Assembly: GCA_023665725.1 (NCBI GenBank)
Contig: JAMPDH010000003.1
Span: 5,484-69,483, forward strand
Direction of reading: 5' to 3'
DNA length: 64,000 nt
Origin: Clostridium sp.
Lineage (GTDB): Bacteria > Bacillota_I > Bacilli_A > RF39 > UBA660
Within the stretch, counting starts at the first letter, position 1. The number at the start of each line of letters is the position of its first letter. Below, piece by piece: positions 29,411 through 39,608 of this stretch. Under the pieces are notes generated by a model, which searched no databases, was not told where the DNA came from, and worked only from the letters and a program-made list of their open reading frames with translations. Position numbers and translations under genes: made by a program.

Positions 29411-30755
29411 AGATAATATTTTTAGAGAATACGATATCAGAGGTATTTATAATGAAGATTTAACTGATGAAACTGCTTATCTTATAGGAAGAGGATTTGG
29501 AACACATATTAAATCTATTGGACAAACTAATACAGTAATAGGACACGATAATAGACTATCCTCTCCTAATTTAACCGAAAATTTAATAAAAGGAATTTTA
29601 GAAAGTGGAATTGATGTTATAGATTTAGGATTGGTCACAACTCCAATGTATTATTATTCTAAAATATTTTATAATATTAATTCAGGAATAATGGTTACTG
29701 CAAGCCATAATCCGGCAATTTATAATGGTTTTAAAGTGTCTTTTGAAAAAGAAAAAAATGCTTACGGGGATTCTATAATTATGCTTAGAGATCTTATAAA
29801 AAGTGAAAATTATTCAAATGGAATTGGAAATTTAATAAAAAAAGATATTACAAATGACTATATAGAATTGCTTGTAAATAACATAAAATTAGATAAAAAA
29901 TTAAAAGTAGTAGTAGACTGTGGTAATGGAACAGGATCTATAATAATTAAAAAAATATTAGATAGATTAAATATAGAATATAAACTTATTTATTGTGAAA
30001 GTGATGGAAGTTTTCCAAACCATGATCCAGATCCATCATTAGATAAAAATATGATAGAATTATCAGAAATGGTAAAAAATTTAAATTATGATTTAGGCGT
30101 TGGAATAGATGGTGATGCCGATAGAGTAGGGCTTGTTGACAATTTAGGTAATACTATAAAAACTGACTATTATTTAATAGTAATGTATAAATATTTATAT
30201 AATAAATTAAAAAATAAAAAAGCTTTATTTGATGTAAAATGTTCAAGAAGTTTAATAGATGAACTTAACAATATAGGAATAACCCCTGTTATGTATAGAA
30301 CAGGAAATTCCTATATAAATGCAAAAATGATAGATGGTGATTTTGATTTTGGTGGAGAATATTCTGGACACATATATTTTAGAGATAAATTTTTAGGGTT
30401 TGATGATGGAATATATGCAGGGCTTAGAATGATAGAATTACTTTCTAATAAAAATACTAGTTTAAATGATGAACTTAAAAATATTAAAAGATATTATTCT
30501 ACTGAAGAAATAAAGATAAACACAGATGATATTAAAAAATTTGAATTAGTAGATAAGGTAAAGTTATATTGCAAAAAAAATCAATATGAAATAAGAGAAA
30601 TAGATGGAGTAAGAGTAGAATTTAGTGATTCTTGGGCACTTATTAGAGTTTCTAATACAACTCCATGCTTAACTTTACGATTTGAAGCCGAAACAAAAGA
30701 AAGACTAGAAGAAATAAAAAATGAATTTATCGATTATATAAATAGTTTATTATAA
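29397..30755 (+). CDS. Phosphomannomutase/phosphoglucomutase (alpha-D-phosphohexomutase family).
   Basis: GGAGG RBS before the ATG at 29397; the start overlaps the xerD end. Active-site TASHNP, Mg site GIDGDADR, and a C-terminal GExSGH-like region (GEYSGH). Confidence 0.75.
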   Translation: MEKIKDNIFREYDIRGIYNEDLTDETAYLIGRGFGTHIKSIGQTNTVIGHDNRLSSPNLTENLIKGILESGIDVIDLGLVTTPMYYYSKIFYNINSGIMVTASHNPAIYNGFKVSFEKEKNAYGDSIIMLRDLIKSENYSNGIGNLIKKDITNDYIELLVNNIKLDKKLKVVVDCGNGTGSIIIKKILDRLNIEYKLIYCESDGSFPNHDPDPSLDKNMIELSEMVKNLNYDLGVGIDGDADRVGLVDNLGNTIKTDYYLIVMYKYLYNKLKNKKALFDVKCSRSLIDELNNIGITPVMYRTGNSYINAKMIDGDFDFGGEYSGHIYFRDKFLGFDDGIYAGLRMIELLSNKNTSLNDELKNIKRYYSTEEIKINTDDIKKFELVDKVKLYCKKNQYEIREIDGVRVEFSDSWALIRVSNTTPCLTLRFEAETKERLEEIKNEFIDYINSLL

Positions 30756-30849
30756 ATTTTAATAACATAACTTAATAAATTGCTTTTTTTTAAAATTGTG
30801 CTATAATAATTTTAAATTTTTAGTTGTAAATTAATAAAGGGGCAATATT

Positions 30850-31692
30850 ATGAGGATTGATGATATTAATTCAGAAAGTGAATATATAAGGGAAATTAAT
30901 AAAATAGAACTACTTTCTGAAAAAGAGGAAATGTATCTTTTTAAAATAAGAAGTAAAGAAGCAAAACAAAAGCTTATTGAAAGCAATTTAAGATTGGTTG
31001 TAAGCATTGCCAAAAATTATACTGATAGAGGTATTCCATTTTTGGATTTAGTTCAAGAAGGAAATCTCGGATTAATTAGAGCAGTAGAATTATTTGACTG
31101 TAGATATGGTAACAAGTTTTCCACATATGCAACTCCATGCATTAAATATACAATAAAAAGAGCAATCGCTACTAAAGAAAATTCAATAAAATTTCCTGCC
31201 AACATAGCTAGTAAATTATATAAAATAAATTATATTGAAGCAACATTAACAGAGAAATTGAATAGGGTGCCAACTGTCGAAGAAATATCAAAAGAAATAA
31301 ATATACCATTATTACAATTTAAAGAAATTTATAAATCATTAAAGCAACAAATAATAAGCATAGATTGTCCTATAGGAGAAGATGAAGATTCAACATTACT
31401 AGATTTAATTAAAGATGAAAGCAATATAGATTTAGATGAATATGTAGCAAATATAGAGATTAAAGAAGCTATTTTTAACGCTTTACAAACATTGACAAAA
31501 AAAGAGCAACTTATAATTAAGCTTTACTTTGGATTTGATGGATTATCTAGAATGAATATACCAAAGATAGCAAAAACACTTAATTGCTCTGAAACTGATA
31601 TTATTAATGCCTATAAAAAAGCTATTTATAAACTAAAAGATGAACTCGGTTATTTACAAGATCAAGATAAAAAAGAATATAAAATTATATAG
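30850..31692 (+). CDS. Sigma-70 family sigma factor. A SigA-like paralog, 280 aa, with no region 1.1.
   Basis: An extended -10 (TGCTATAAT) and AAGGGG RBS upstream. Region 2 is nearly identical in pattern to SigA ([56 protein letters not shown]). Region 4 is [11 protein letters not shown]...IAKTL. Confidence 0.75.
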   Translation: MRIDDINSESEYIREINKIELLSEKEEMYLFKIRSKEAKQKLIESNLRLVVSIAKNYTDRGIPFLDLVQEGNLGLIRAVELFDCRYGNKFSTYATPCIKYTIKRAIATKENSIKFPANIASKLYKINYIEATLTEKLNRVPTVEEISKEINIPLLQFKEIYKSLKQQIISIDCPIGEDEDSTLLDLIKDESNIDLDEYVANIEIKEAIFNALQTLTKKEQLIIKLYFGFDGLSRMNIPKIAKTLNCSETDIINAYKKAIYKLKDELGYLQDQDKKEYKII

Positions 31693-31717
31693 ATATTTTA
31701 ATTAATATCTTTTTTTT
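31691..31717 (+). terminator. Intrinsic terminator after the sigma paralog.
   Basis: agatatt-ttaatt-aatatct followed by TTTTTTT. Confidence 0.65.
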
Positions 31718-31786
31718 AGAAAAATTTTAAAGTTCTTTTTTATCATATTTATACATAAATATATATAAAGTAGGTGAGGTATAAGT

Positions 31787-32533
31787 ATGAATAATATTTT
31801 ACTTGGTTTTATATTAACTACAATTGCTGGATTCTCTACAATGATTGGAACATTACTTATATTTTTTAAAAAGAATAAAAAAATAATTATATCATCTCTT
31901 GCTTTTGCATCTGGTGTAATGCTTTGTGTGTCTCTAACAGATTTAATACCAGAAAGTGTTAAATTAATAAATGAAAAATTTAATACAATTCCTACTATTC
32001 TTTTAGTACTTATATTTATAGTAATAGGTATAATTATTTCATCATATATAAATTTAAAACTTCCCATAGAAAAAAAGGAGAATAATGGATTATATAAAGT
32101 AGGAATATTTTCAATGTTTGCAATAATTGCACACAATATACCAGAGGGAATAGCAACATTTTTAGCTACAAGTACTGATACATCTCTTGGAATCATGCTT
32201 ACGATAGCTATAGCGCTTCATAATATACCAGAAGGTATAAGTATATCAATTCCTATATATTATTCACTAAATAGCAAAAAAAAAGCAATAGGATACACTT
32301 TAATTTCAGCTCTATCAGAACCATTTGGTGCCCTACTTGCTTATATATTTTTAAGTAGGGTAGTAAATAACCAAATAATGGGTTATATTTTTTCTAGTAT
32401 TGCAGGAATAATGATATACATATCACTTTATGAATTACTTCCTACATCATTTAAATACAAAGATAAGAAACGAACAATAATATTATTTATAATAGGAATA
32501 ATATTTATGTATATTAATTCAATTTTATTTTAA
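31787..32533 (+). CDS. ZIP family metal (zinc) transporter, ZupT-like.
   Basis: GGTGAGGT RBS. Eight TM segments. HNIPEG occurs twice (AIIAHNIPEGIATF, ALHNIPEGISISIPIY). Confidence 0.8.
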   Translation: MNNILLGFILTTIAGFSTMIGTLLIFFKKNKKIIISSLAFASGVMLCVSLTDLIPESVKLINEKFNTIPTILLVLIFIVIGIIISSYINLKLPIEKKENNGLYKVGIFSMFAIIAHNIPEGIATFLATSTDTSLGIMLTIAIALHNIPEGISISIPIYYSLNSKKKAIGYTLISALSEPFGALLAYIFLSRVVNNQIMGYIFSSIAGIMIYISLYELLPTSFKYKDKKRTIILFIIGIIFMYINSILF

Positions 32534-32536
32534 TAA

Positions 32537-32561
32537 AAGGAACTATAATTAATAGTTCCTT
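32537..32561. terminator. Bidirectional terminator between the ZIP transporter gene (+) and the small ORF (-).
   Basis: aaggaactat / atagttcctt 10-bp stem. On the minus strand it is followed by a U-rich run. Confidence 0.55.
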
Positions 32562-32587
32562 AAATTTGGGTAAATTAATACATCAAA

Positions 32588-32740
32588 TTATTTACATTCA
32601 TATGAATTACTATTATTACTATTATTATTCATTGAAGTATTATTTGATGATGTAGTATTAGCATTTTGTTCAAAATTTGTTCTCTTAGAACTATTCTTAG
32701 AACTTTTGCTTTTAGATTTTAAATTCTTATTCTTATCCAT
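32588..32740 (-). CDS. Small (50 aa) basic Ser/Asn-rich hydrophilic protein.
   Basis: GGTGA RBS 4 nt before the ATG. The product is MDKNKNLKSKSKSSKNSSKRTNFEQNANTTSSNNTSMNNNSNNSNSYECK. A terminator lies downstream. It is not in the ORF track (under 60 aa). Confidence 0.3.
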   Translation of the reverse strand: MDKNKNLKSKSKSSKNSSKRTNFEQNANTTSSNNTSMNNNSNNSNSYECK

Positions 32741-32840
32741 TTTAATCACCCAATAATATTATTGGTAATTATATATAAATTATACTATTAAATGCAATTA
32801 TTTAAACTTCGTATAATTAATATTATGTTAACTTCTTATT

Positions 32841-33629
32841 TTAATTAGTAATTTTTCTAGACTCTATTTCTGCCATTTTTTCAAATACTTCTACAGCATT
32901 ATTTTGAGTTATTTCAGTATATCCAAGTTCCTTTAAAGCTTGTGTTTTAAAGGAATTAAGTTCCATAGTACGACTCATTTTTTCTTCCATTTTATGTTCT
33001 ATTTGTGCTACAAAACGCTTATGACATTCTGAAATTTTAGTTTTAGAATATCCTCCATTATTAAATATAGTAAATGCAGAAAATAAAATACTTTCAAAAA
33101 CAAATTGTTCCTCTTCTTCAAATTGAAATTGCATAGGTTTTTCAAAACCAGCAGCTTTAGCTATATATGCCAAAATATATTTTAATTCTTTTGATGTATC
33201 CATTGATTGTATAAAATTATATAAATATTTCATTGAATAATATGAATTAATATCTGCATTATCGGTACTATCTTCTAATTTTTCTTTAACAACATCTATA
33301 ATATTACCAAGTAATTCTCTTTCTTTCTTCCCTAGCCCATCGTAAATGCCATTTTCAGAAATTTCTTTACTTTTCGTATTTTCAAAAAGACTATTAATTC
33401 TAGCTTCAACTTCCATAATATAATCGGTATTTACTTTTATATTTTCTATTTCTTCAGTAGATTTAATACCTAGTAAATTTAATAATAATACTTTTTTGTC
33501 TTTTGGCCATTTATTAATATCTTCTAATTCAAGATAATTATAGATCATTTGTCTAGAAACACCTAAAAACTTTGCAAGCTTTACTTTTGAAATCCCTAGT
33601 TCTTTCAATATTTCATTTAATTTGTCCAT
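32841..33629 (-). CDS. XRE-family HTH domain protein (N-terminal HTH plus a 200-aa C-terminal domain of unknown function).
   Basis: LAKFLGVSRQMIYNYL is a classic Cro/C1-type HTH. The remainder is uncharacterised. Confidence 0.55.
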   Translation of the reverse strand: MDKLNEILKELGISKVKLAKFLGVSRQMIYNYLELEDINKWPKDKKVLLLNLLGIKSTEEIENIKVNTDYIMEVEARINSLFENTKSKEISENGIYDGLGKKERELLGNIIDVVKEKLEDSTDNADINSYYSMKYLYNFIQSMDTSKELKYILAYIAKAAGFEKPMQFQFEEEEQFVFESILFSAFTIFNNGGYSKTKISECHKRFVAQIEHKMEEKMSRTMELNSFKTQALKELGYTEITQNNAVEVFEKMAEIESRKITN

Positions 33630-33696
33630 TCTATTAAACCTCCTATTATCATTTTAACACTTAATTGTCAAATGTCAAGTGTAAAGTAATAGTTAA

Positions 33697-34800
33697 CTAT
33701 AAATACCATAATTTTTTGCCATTTTTTCTAACTTCTTTTATTATTCCGCCACCAAGACACTCCTCATTATTATAGAAAACACATGCTTGACCTGGTGTTA
33801 CTGCCTTTACGCCTTGCGGATATTTTACAAGTATTTCATCATCTATAAATTCTAAATATACATCATTATCAGGTTGTCTATACCTAAATTTTGCTGTACA
33901 TTTTTCCGGTTTAATATCACTTATCCAATTAACAGTATCTATTATAGCAGAATCTGATATTAAATATTCACTATTTTTATTTAAAGAAACATATAAAATA
34001 TTTTCATCCAAATTTTTTCCTACAACAAACAATCTATCTTTGTTTCCACCTATATTTAGACCTTTTCTTTGACCTATTGTATAATACATTAATCCAATAT
34101 GTTTTCCAACTATTTCATTATTATCAATATTTACAATATTACCAGGAATATTTGGTAAATAATTTTTTAAAAAATTTTTAAAATTTCTTTCTCCAATAAA
34201 ACATATACCGGTTGAATCTTTTTTATTATAAGTAATAAGATCATATTTCATAGCTAAAGTTCTTACATCTTTTTTCTCCATATCACCAATTGGAAATAAT
34301 ACATTTTCTAACTGTTTTTTACTTAATTGAGAAAGAAAATAGGTTTGATCTTTATTATTATCTATACCACGTAAAAGACGTCCATTTTCTATCCTAGCAT
34401 AATGTCCTGTAGCAATATAATCCGCACCAAGTTTTAAAGCTTCTTTTACAAACATATCAAATTTAATATATTTATTACACATTATATCAGGATTAGGGGT
34501 TCTTCCCTTTTTTAATTCATCTAAAAAATAAGTAAAAACATAATCCCAATACTCTTTTATAAAATCCACTCTATGAAGAGGTATATTTAGTTTCTCGCAA
34601 ACCTTTAATGCATCGTTATAATCTTGCTCCTGCGGACAAATGTTGTTATCTAGTGTAGGATTACCTAAAACATCATTATTTACCATAGAATCCCAATTAC
34701 GCATAAATAAACCTATTACCTCATATCCTTGTTCAATTAATTTAATTGCAGCTACACTACTATCTACCCCACCTGAAATTCCAAGTACTACTTTTTTCAT
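33697..34800 (-). CDS. mnmA: tRNA-specific 2-thiouridylase MnmA.
   Basis: GGTGAAG RBS before the ATG at 34800. The PP-loop VVLGISGGVDSSVAA and catalytic Cys motifs (NPDIMCNKYIKF, DSTGICF). Confidence 0.85.
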   Translation of the reverse strand: MKKVVLGISGGVDSSVAAIKLIEQGYEVIGLFMRNWDSMVNNDVLGNPTLDNNICPQEQDYNDALKVCEKLNIPLHRVDFIKEYWDYVFTYFLDELKKGRTPNPDIMCNKYIKFDMFVKEALKLGADYIATGHYARIENGRLLRGIDNNKDQTYFLSQLSKKQLENVLFPIGDMEKKDVRTLAMKYDLITYNKKDSTGICFIGERNFKNFLKNYLPNIPGNIVNIDNNEIVGKHIGLMYYTIGQRKGLNIGGNKDRLFVVGKNLDENILYVSLNKNSEYLISDSAIIDTVNWISDIKPEKCTAKFRYRQPDNDVYLEFIDDEILVKYPQGVKAVTPGQACVFYNNEECLGGGIIKEVRKNGKKLWYL

Positions 34801-34847
34801 AAACTTCACCATAATAATTTTATCAAATTGATTAAATTTAGTCTATA

Positions 34848-35477
34848 TTATTTAATAAATGGGATTATTATTTTTATAAGTAATGGTGTTATAAATGTTT
34901 CTATTAATATGGATATTATTATTACAATTGTAGATACTATTAATACTTTAATATATTTATTCATCATTATTTTAAAATCAATCTGCTTTTTATTTATAAC
35001 TGCGCTTATGATTTTTAAAGAAAAGAATAATGCATATGTAGTTAATATCATATATATAACAAAATTCAATATTTGATGTGGAAATATATTTGCAAAGCTC
35101 AGTAAACAACCTTTTAATTTATAATTAAATATTATACTTGATATCGAAAAACCTAAAGTAAAACTTTTTATAAAAAACATTATAATTACTATTGGAAATC
35201 CAATAACTGATATTCCTAATATCCATATTAATATTATATATAATAAATTATTAAATAATCCGTTTTTTAAAGCTTCAAAATAATTAAGTTTATTTATTTC
35301 TATATTAGTTAGAAAAGAATTAAAATATTCTGTTATTAAATTTTTATCGGTTTCATTTAATATAGCCATAAAAATAGACCCAGATATTATTCCTATAACT
35401 AATAAAATAGTGAAAAAAAACATTGTTTTTTTATTTATTATAATTAAACTTTTATACTTGTCCAACCATTTCTTCAT
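34848..35477 (-). CDS. spoIIM: Stage II sporulation protein M (SpoIIM, DUF95 family).
   Basis: Five TM segments. The conserved LIWILGISVIGFPIVIIMFFIKSF block matches the SpoIIM LGLMWILGISVIGMPII motif. Confidence 0.6.
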   Translation of the reverse strand: MKKWLDKYKSLIIINKKTMFFFTILLVIGIISGSIFMAILNETDKNLITEYFNSFLTNIEINKLNYFEALKNGLFNNLLYIILIWILGISVIGFPIVIIMFFIKSFTLGFSISSIIFNYKLKGCLLSFANIFPHQILNFVIYMILTTYALFFSLKIISAVINKKQIDFKIMMNKYIKVLIVSTIVIIISILIETFITPLLIKIIIPFIK

Positions 35478-35603
35478 ATTATCACCTAATTAATCATATT
35501 TATTAAATTTAATTTTATTCCTTTTTTTATATTTTTGTTTTAATTTGTTGAAAAACATATCGCTTTATGATAATATTATTTTATATTAATAAGAGGTGAT
35601 TTT

Positions 35604-35696
35604 ATGAAGAAAAAAACTGAAAAAATAGTAATTTATATAATGTTATTTGCTATGATAGCGTCATTTGTTATATCACTTGTCTTTGTAAATAGATAA
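35604..35696 (+). CDS. 30-aa hydrophobic peptide upstream of mtgA.
   Basis: GAGGTG RBS 6 nt before the ATG. The product is MKKKTEKIVIYIMLFAMIASFVISLVFVNR. It is immediately followed by the mtgA RBS. Confidence 0.3.
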   Translation: MKKKTEKIVIYIMLFAMIASFVISLVFVNR

Positions 35697-35715
35697 TAAA
35701 AAGGAGGCCATATTT

Positions 35716-36408
35716 ATGAAGGTTATAAAAAATATTATACTTATACTTTTTTTAGTAGGATTAGGTATAGTTTTATATTATGGTATAAATGGTTATAATC
35801 TTTATAAAAAATTAATAACAGAAACTCCTTTAGAAGAAAAGATAAAATCTATTAGAGATAATAAAAATTATACAAAATTAGAGGATATTTCACCTGATTT
35901 TATAAATGCAGTTATTGCTGTTGAGGATCATAGATTTTATTCACATAGTGGTATAGATATAATTTCTACTATTAAAGCAATTTTTATAAATGTAAAAGAG
36001 GCTTCATATGTAACAGGAGGAAGCACTATAACTCAACAACTTGCTAAAAACATGTATTTTTCACAAGAGAAAAAGATGCTTAGAAAAGTTGCTGAAATGT
36101 TTATGACTTATGAATTGGAAGATGTATTGGATAAAGATGAAATTTTAGAGTTATATGTAAATACAATTTATTATGGAAGTGGTTATTATAATGTAAGATC
36201 TGCAAGTCTTGGTTATTTTAGTAAAGAACCAAGTGAACTAACTTTAGATGAAGCTTCTCTTTTGGCTGGTATCCCAAATGCGCCTTCTGTATATTCACTT
36301 GATGTCAATCCTGACCTAGCTTATCAAAGACAAAAACAAGTAATAAGTGCTATGAAGGAATACGATTATATAAATGATTTAGAATATAAAGAATTAATAA
36401 AAAAATAA
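35716..36408 (+). CDS. mtgA: Monofunctional biosynthetic peptidoglycan transglycosylase (GT51).
   Basis: AAGGAGG RBS. N-terminal TM. GT51 motifs AVIAVEDHRFYSHSGID, GGSTITQQLAKN and RKVAEM. Confidence 0.8.
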   Translation: MKVIKNIILILFLVGLGIVLYYGINGYNLYKKLITETPLEEKIKSIRDNKNYTKLEDISPDFINAVIAVEDHRFYSHSGIDIISTIKAIFINVKEASYVTGGSTITQQLAKNMYFSQEKKMLRKVAEMFMTYELEDVLDKDEILELYVNTIYYGSGYYNVRSASLGYFSKEPSELTLDEASLLAGIPNAPSVYSLDVNPDLAYQRQKQVISAMKEYDYINDLEYKELIKK

Positions 36409-36422
36409 TATAGTTTGCTATA

Positions 36423-36896
36423 TTATTTTTTTGATATTTTTTTATTATTTTCTTTTAATAAATCTCTTATTTCTTCTAATAATATTATTTCATCAGATTT
36501 TTTTGGTTTTTCTTTCTTCATTTCTTCCTCTTTATGTAAATGTATTAATCTATTTATTATTTTAATAAACATGAATATACATATAGCAATAATTAAGAAA
36601 TCAATTATTTGTTGTATAAATGAACCATATTTTATTACTGCATTTCCAAAAGTAATACTAAGATTACTAAAATCTATTCCGCCTATTACGACTCCAATTA
36701 TAGGCATAAAAATATCATCAACTAATGACGAAACTATATTTCCAAATGCTCCACCAATAATTACACCTACAGATAAATCTACTACATTTCCTCTCATTAT
36801 AAATTTTTTAAATTCACCTATACTTTTTTTTGTATTTTCTTTTTGCTTTTCAATAACTTTATTTGCTTTTTTAGAAGATTTTGTATTTTTTTTCAT
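36423..36896 (-). CDS. mscL: Large-conductance mechanosensitive channel MscL, with a 25-aa Lys-rich N-terminal extension.
   Basis: [42 protein letters not shown] is the MscL TM1 signature. TM2 and a charged C-terminal helix are present. Confidence 0.85.
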   Translation of the reverse strand: MKKNTKSSKKANKVIEKQKENTKKSIGEFKKFIMRGNVVDLSVGVIIGGAFGNIVSSLVDDIFMPIIGVVIGGIDFSNLSITFGNAVIKYGSFIQQIIDFLIIAICIFMFIKIINRLIHLHKEEEMKKEKPKKSDEIILLEEIRDLLKENNKKISKK

Positions 36897-36982
36897 ATTA
36901 TAATACCTCCATAAATTATTTTACTTTATAATAATAATTTGTCAATATTATTTTTAAAAACGAAAAAAGAGAATTTCTTCTC

Positions 36983-37978
36983 TTAGTTCTCTGCTTCTTC
37001 TAACATATTTGTTATGAAAATTCCATAACCTTTTGTTGGTTCTTCAATTATAACATGAGTTACTGCTCCTACTATAAAATCACCTTGTATTATAGGTGAA
37101 CCACTCATTCCTTGTATAATACCACCTGTTTTTTCTATAAGTTTTTCATCAGTAATTTCAAAAAGTATATTTTTTGTATCATTAGAGGTTTGATTTATTT
37201 TTTTTATTTCTATATTATATTCTCCTATTTCATTATCGTCTAATACAGTTAATATACTTGCGTCTCCAATTTTTATATCATCTATGTTAGCAACTTTATA
37301 TAACTTTTTTTCAGGTATCTCATCAGTATAGTTGCCAAAAATTCCATGTGTAGTATTTTCATTTATTGTTCCTTTAATAGATTTAGTATCTAGTTTAGCA
37401 TTCTTTTCTCCAGGATTTCCAGACGTACTTTCTTTAACTCCTGTAACAGTAGATTTAAATATTGTGCCATCTGATGAATCTAATATTTTATTAGTATTTT
37501 TTTCTATTATTTCATGCCCTAAAGCGCCAAATAATTTAGTATTTGGATCTATAAATGTAAGTGTTCCAATTCCTGTAATACTATCTTTTATATACATTCC
37601 TGTTTTATATTCATTATCGGTTTTATATAATTTTAAATTAGTATACTTCTGCATATCATTTCTTACATAGCCAATTTTTATATTTTCATCATTACATGTA
37701 GATATTTTAGAAGATAAATCATATACAGTGGAAACTTTATCATCATTAATACTATTAATTAAGTCTCCAACTTGAAGACCTGCCTCTTTTGCTGGAATAG
37801 TATTATCAATAGAATACATACCAACTATCATAACACCTTTTGAATTTAGCTTTATCCCAACATTTTCCCCACCTACTATTAGATAATCTGAATAACCTAA
37901 TACTTTAGAAGGAATAATAAGAAGTGTTAGAAGAATTAAAAAAGTTTTTAAAGACTTTTTTTTAATCATTTTAAACAT
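36983..37978 (-). CDS. spoIVB: SpoIVB peptidase (S55) with a PDZ domain.
   Basis: Signal anchor. PDZ region (GDLINSINDDKV). S55 motifs GIGTLTFIDP, GALGHEI and GMSGSPIIQGDFIVGAVTHV. A terminator hairpin at 36967..36984 overlaps the stop. Confidence 0.8.
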   Translation of the reverse strand: MFKMIKKKSLKTFLILLTLLIIPSKVLGYSDYLIVGGENVGIKLNSKGVMIVGMYSIDNTIPAKEAGLQVGDLINSINDDKVSTVYDLSSKISTCNDENIKIGYVRNDMQKYTNLKLYKTDNEYKTGMYIKDSITGIGTLTFIDPNTKLFGALGHEIIEKNTNKILDSSDGTIFKSTVTGVKESTSGNPGEKNAKLDTKSIKGTINENTTHGIFGNYTDEIPEKKLYKVANIDDIKIGDASILTVLDDNEIGEYNIEIKKINQTSNDTKNILFEITDEKLIEKTGGIIQGMSGSPIIQGDFIVGAVTHVIIEEPTKGYGIFITNMLEEAEN

Positions 37979-38106
37979 CTCCTTCTAATTTTTAAATTTT
38001 ATAATTAGTATAGATAGTTTATATGTGATTTTTAAATGTTAAAATGATAAGCTCATTATTATTATGTGATAAAGTTAAAAAAAAATAAAAAATTTTTATA
38101 TATTTT

Positions 38107-38328
38107 TTATTCTTCTACATTAAAATCTTTAATTTCACCATTTTCTAATACAATTTTACTAATTTGATCTTCTACACTTTTTAATTTTTCATCACATTCT
38201 TTTATTAATTGCATAGCTTTAGTATATTTTTTTATAGAGTCATCTAAATCTGTATTTCCATTTTCTAGTTCATTAACTATTTCTTCTAATTCAGTTATCT
38301 TTTCTTCGAATTTTTTTTGTTTTTCCAT
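38107..38328 (-). CDS. xseB: Exodeoxyribonuclease VII small subunit.
   Basis: A 73-aa coiled-coil protein (FEEKITELEEIVNELENG...LDDSIKKYTKAMQLIKECDEKL) immediately downstream of xseA. Confidence 0.85.
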   Translation of the reverse strand: MEKQKKFEEKITELEEIVNELENGNTDLDDSIKKYTKAMQLIKECDEKLKSVEDQISKIVLENGEIKDFNVEE

Positions 38329-38330
38329 GT

Positions 38331-39608
38331 TTACTCCTTATCTAATACTTTAGATATAATATATCCATCATTCAATTTTATTTTTAATTTATCATCTTTA
38401 CTTACATCAGTTATACTTTTAATTAATAAATCATTTTTATATACTAATGAGTAACCCTTTTTAATTATATTTAATGGACTAACTAGTTCTAATTTATCAA
38501 TTAAATTTTTTAAAATCACTTTATTTCTTTCAAATAAAATTTCAGGTTTTTTAATTATATAATTGTTTTTTAAGTTATCCAATGTTAATCGTTTTGTAGA
38601 TATATTTATAAATATACTTTTATTTAAATTCTCAATTAATATATCTAATTTTTGTTTATAATTTTCAAACATTAACATTGGATTCTTAATCACAAATGAA
38701 TTTTTAAATGTTTCTATTTTTAGTTTTTGGTAGTTGATTTTAGTATTTATATTTTCATCTAATCTTATTTTTAATTGATTTATGTGTTTTATTAAATCGG
38801 TAATATTAGGCACTGCAAGTTCTGCAGCTCCTGTTGGAGTTGGCGCTCGTAAATCTGCGACAAAATCTGCTATCGTATAGTCAATCTCATGTCCAACTGC
38901 ACTTATAATTGGGATACTACATTCGTATATAGCACGAGCTACTTTTTCTTCATTAAAAGGCCATAAATCTTCTATAGAACCTCCACCTCTACCAACAATT
39001 AATACATCAAAATTATAATTTTCGGCAAGATGAATATTTTTAACTATATCATCTGCTGCACTTTCGCCTTGAACTAAGCTTGGAAAAAGATAAGTATCAC
39101 ATATAGGATATCTTCTTTTTATAGTAGATAAAATATCTTTTATAGCGGCTCCTGTTGGCGCTGTGATTATTCCGATTTTTTCTGGAAATAAAGGTATTCT
39201 TTTCTTTTTTTCATTATCAAATAATCCTTCTTTTTCTAACATGGCTTTCAATTTTTCAAATTCCAAATATAAATTACCTAATCCATCTTGTAGCATTTCA
39301 TCTACATATATTTGGTAATTGCCAGTTGATTCATATACACTAATTCTTCCTATTATTAAAACTTTATTTCCATCCATAGGGATAAAATTCAATTTTTTAG
39401 CATTTGTAGCAAACATAATAGCATTTATTTTGCTTGTTTCATCTTTAACTGAGAAATATAAGTGCCCTGTAGAGTGAGCTTTAAAGTTAGATATTTCTCC
39501 TTTTAAAAATACTTGTCTCAAATTATTATCATTATCTATTTTATATTTAATATAACGAGTTAGGGCAGTAACTGTTAAGTATTTACTTAAATCATTCATA
39601 TTACTCAC
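38331..39608 (-). CDS. xseA: Exodeoxyribonuclease VII large subunit.
   Basis: N-terminal OB fold (VFLKGEISNFKAHSTGHLYFSVKDE) and catalytic region (LIVGRGGGSIEDLWPFNEE, AVGHEID). Confidence 0.9.
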   Translation of the reverse strand: MSNMNDLSKYLTVTALTRYIKYKIDNDNNLRQVFLKGEISNFKAHSTGHLYFSVKDETSKINAIMFATNAKKLNFIPMDGNKVLIIGRISVYESTGNYQIYVDEMLQDGLGNLYLEFEKLKAMLEKEGLFDNEKKKRIPLFPEKIGIITAPTGAAIKDILSTIKRRYPICDTYLFPSLVQGESAADDIVKNIHLAENYNFDVLIVGRGGGSIEDLWPFNEEKVARAIYECSIPIISAVGHEIDYTIADFVADLRAPTPTGAAELAVPNITDLIKHINQLKIRLDENINTKINYQKLKIETFKNSFVIKNPMLMFENYKQKLDILIENLNKSIFINISTKRLTLDNLKNNYIIKKPEILFERNKVILKNLIDKLELVSPLNIIKKGYSLVYKNDLLIKSITDVSKDDKLKIKLNDGYIISKVLDKE

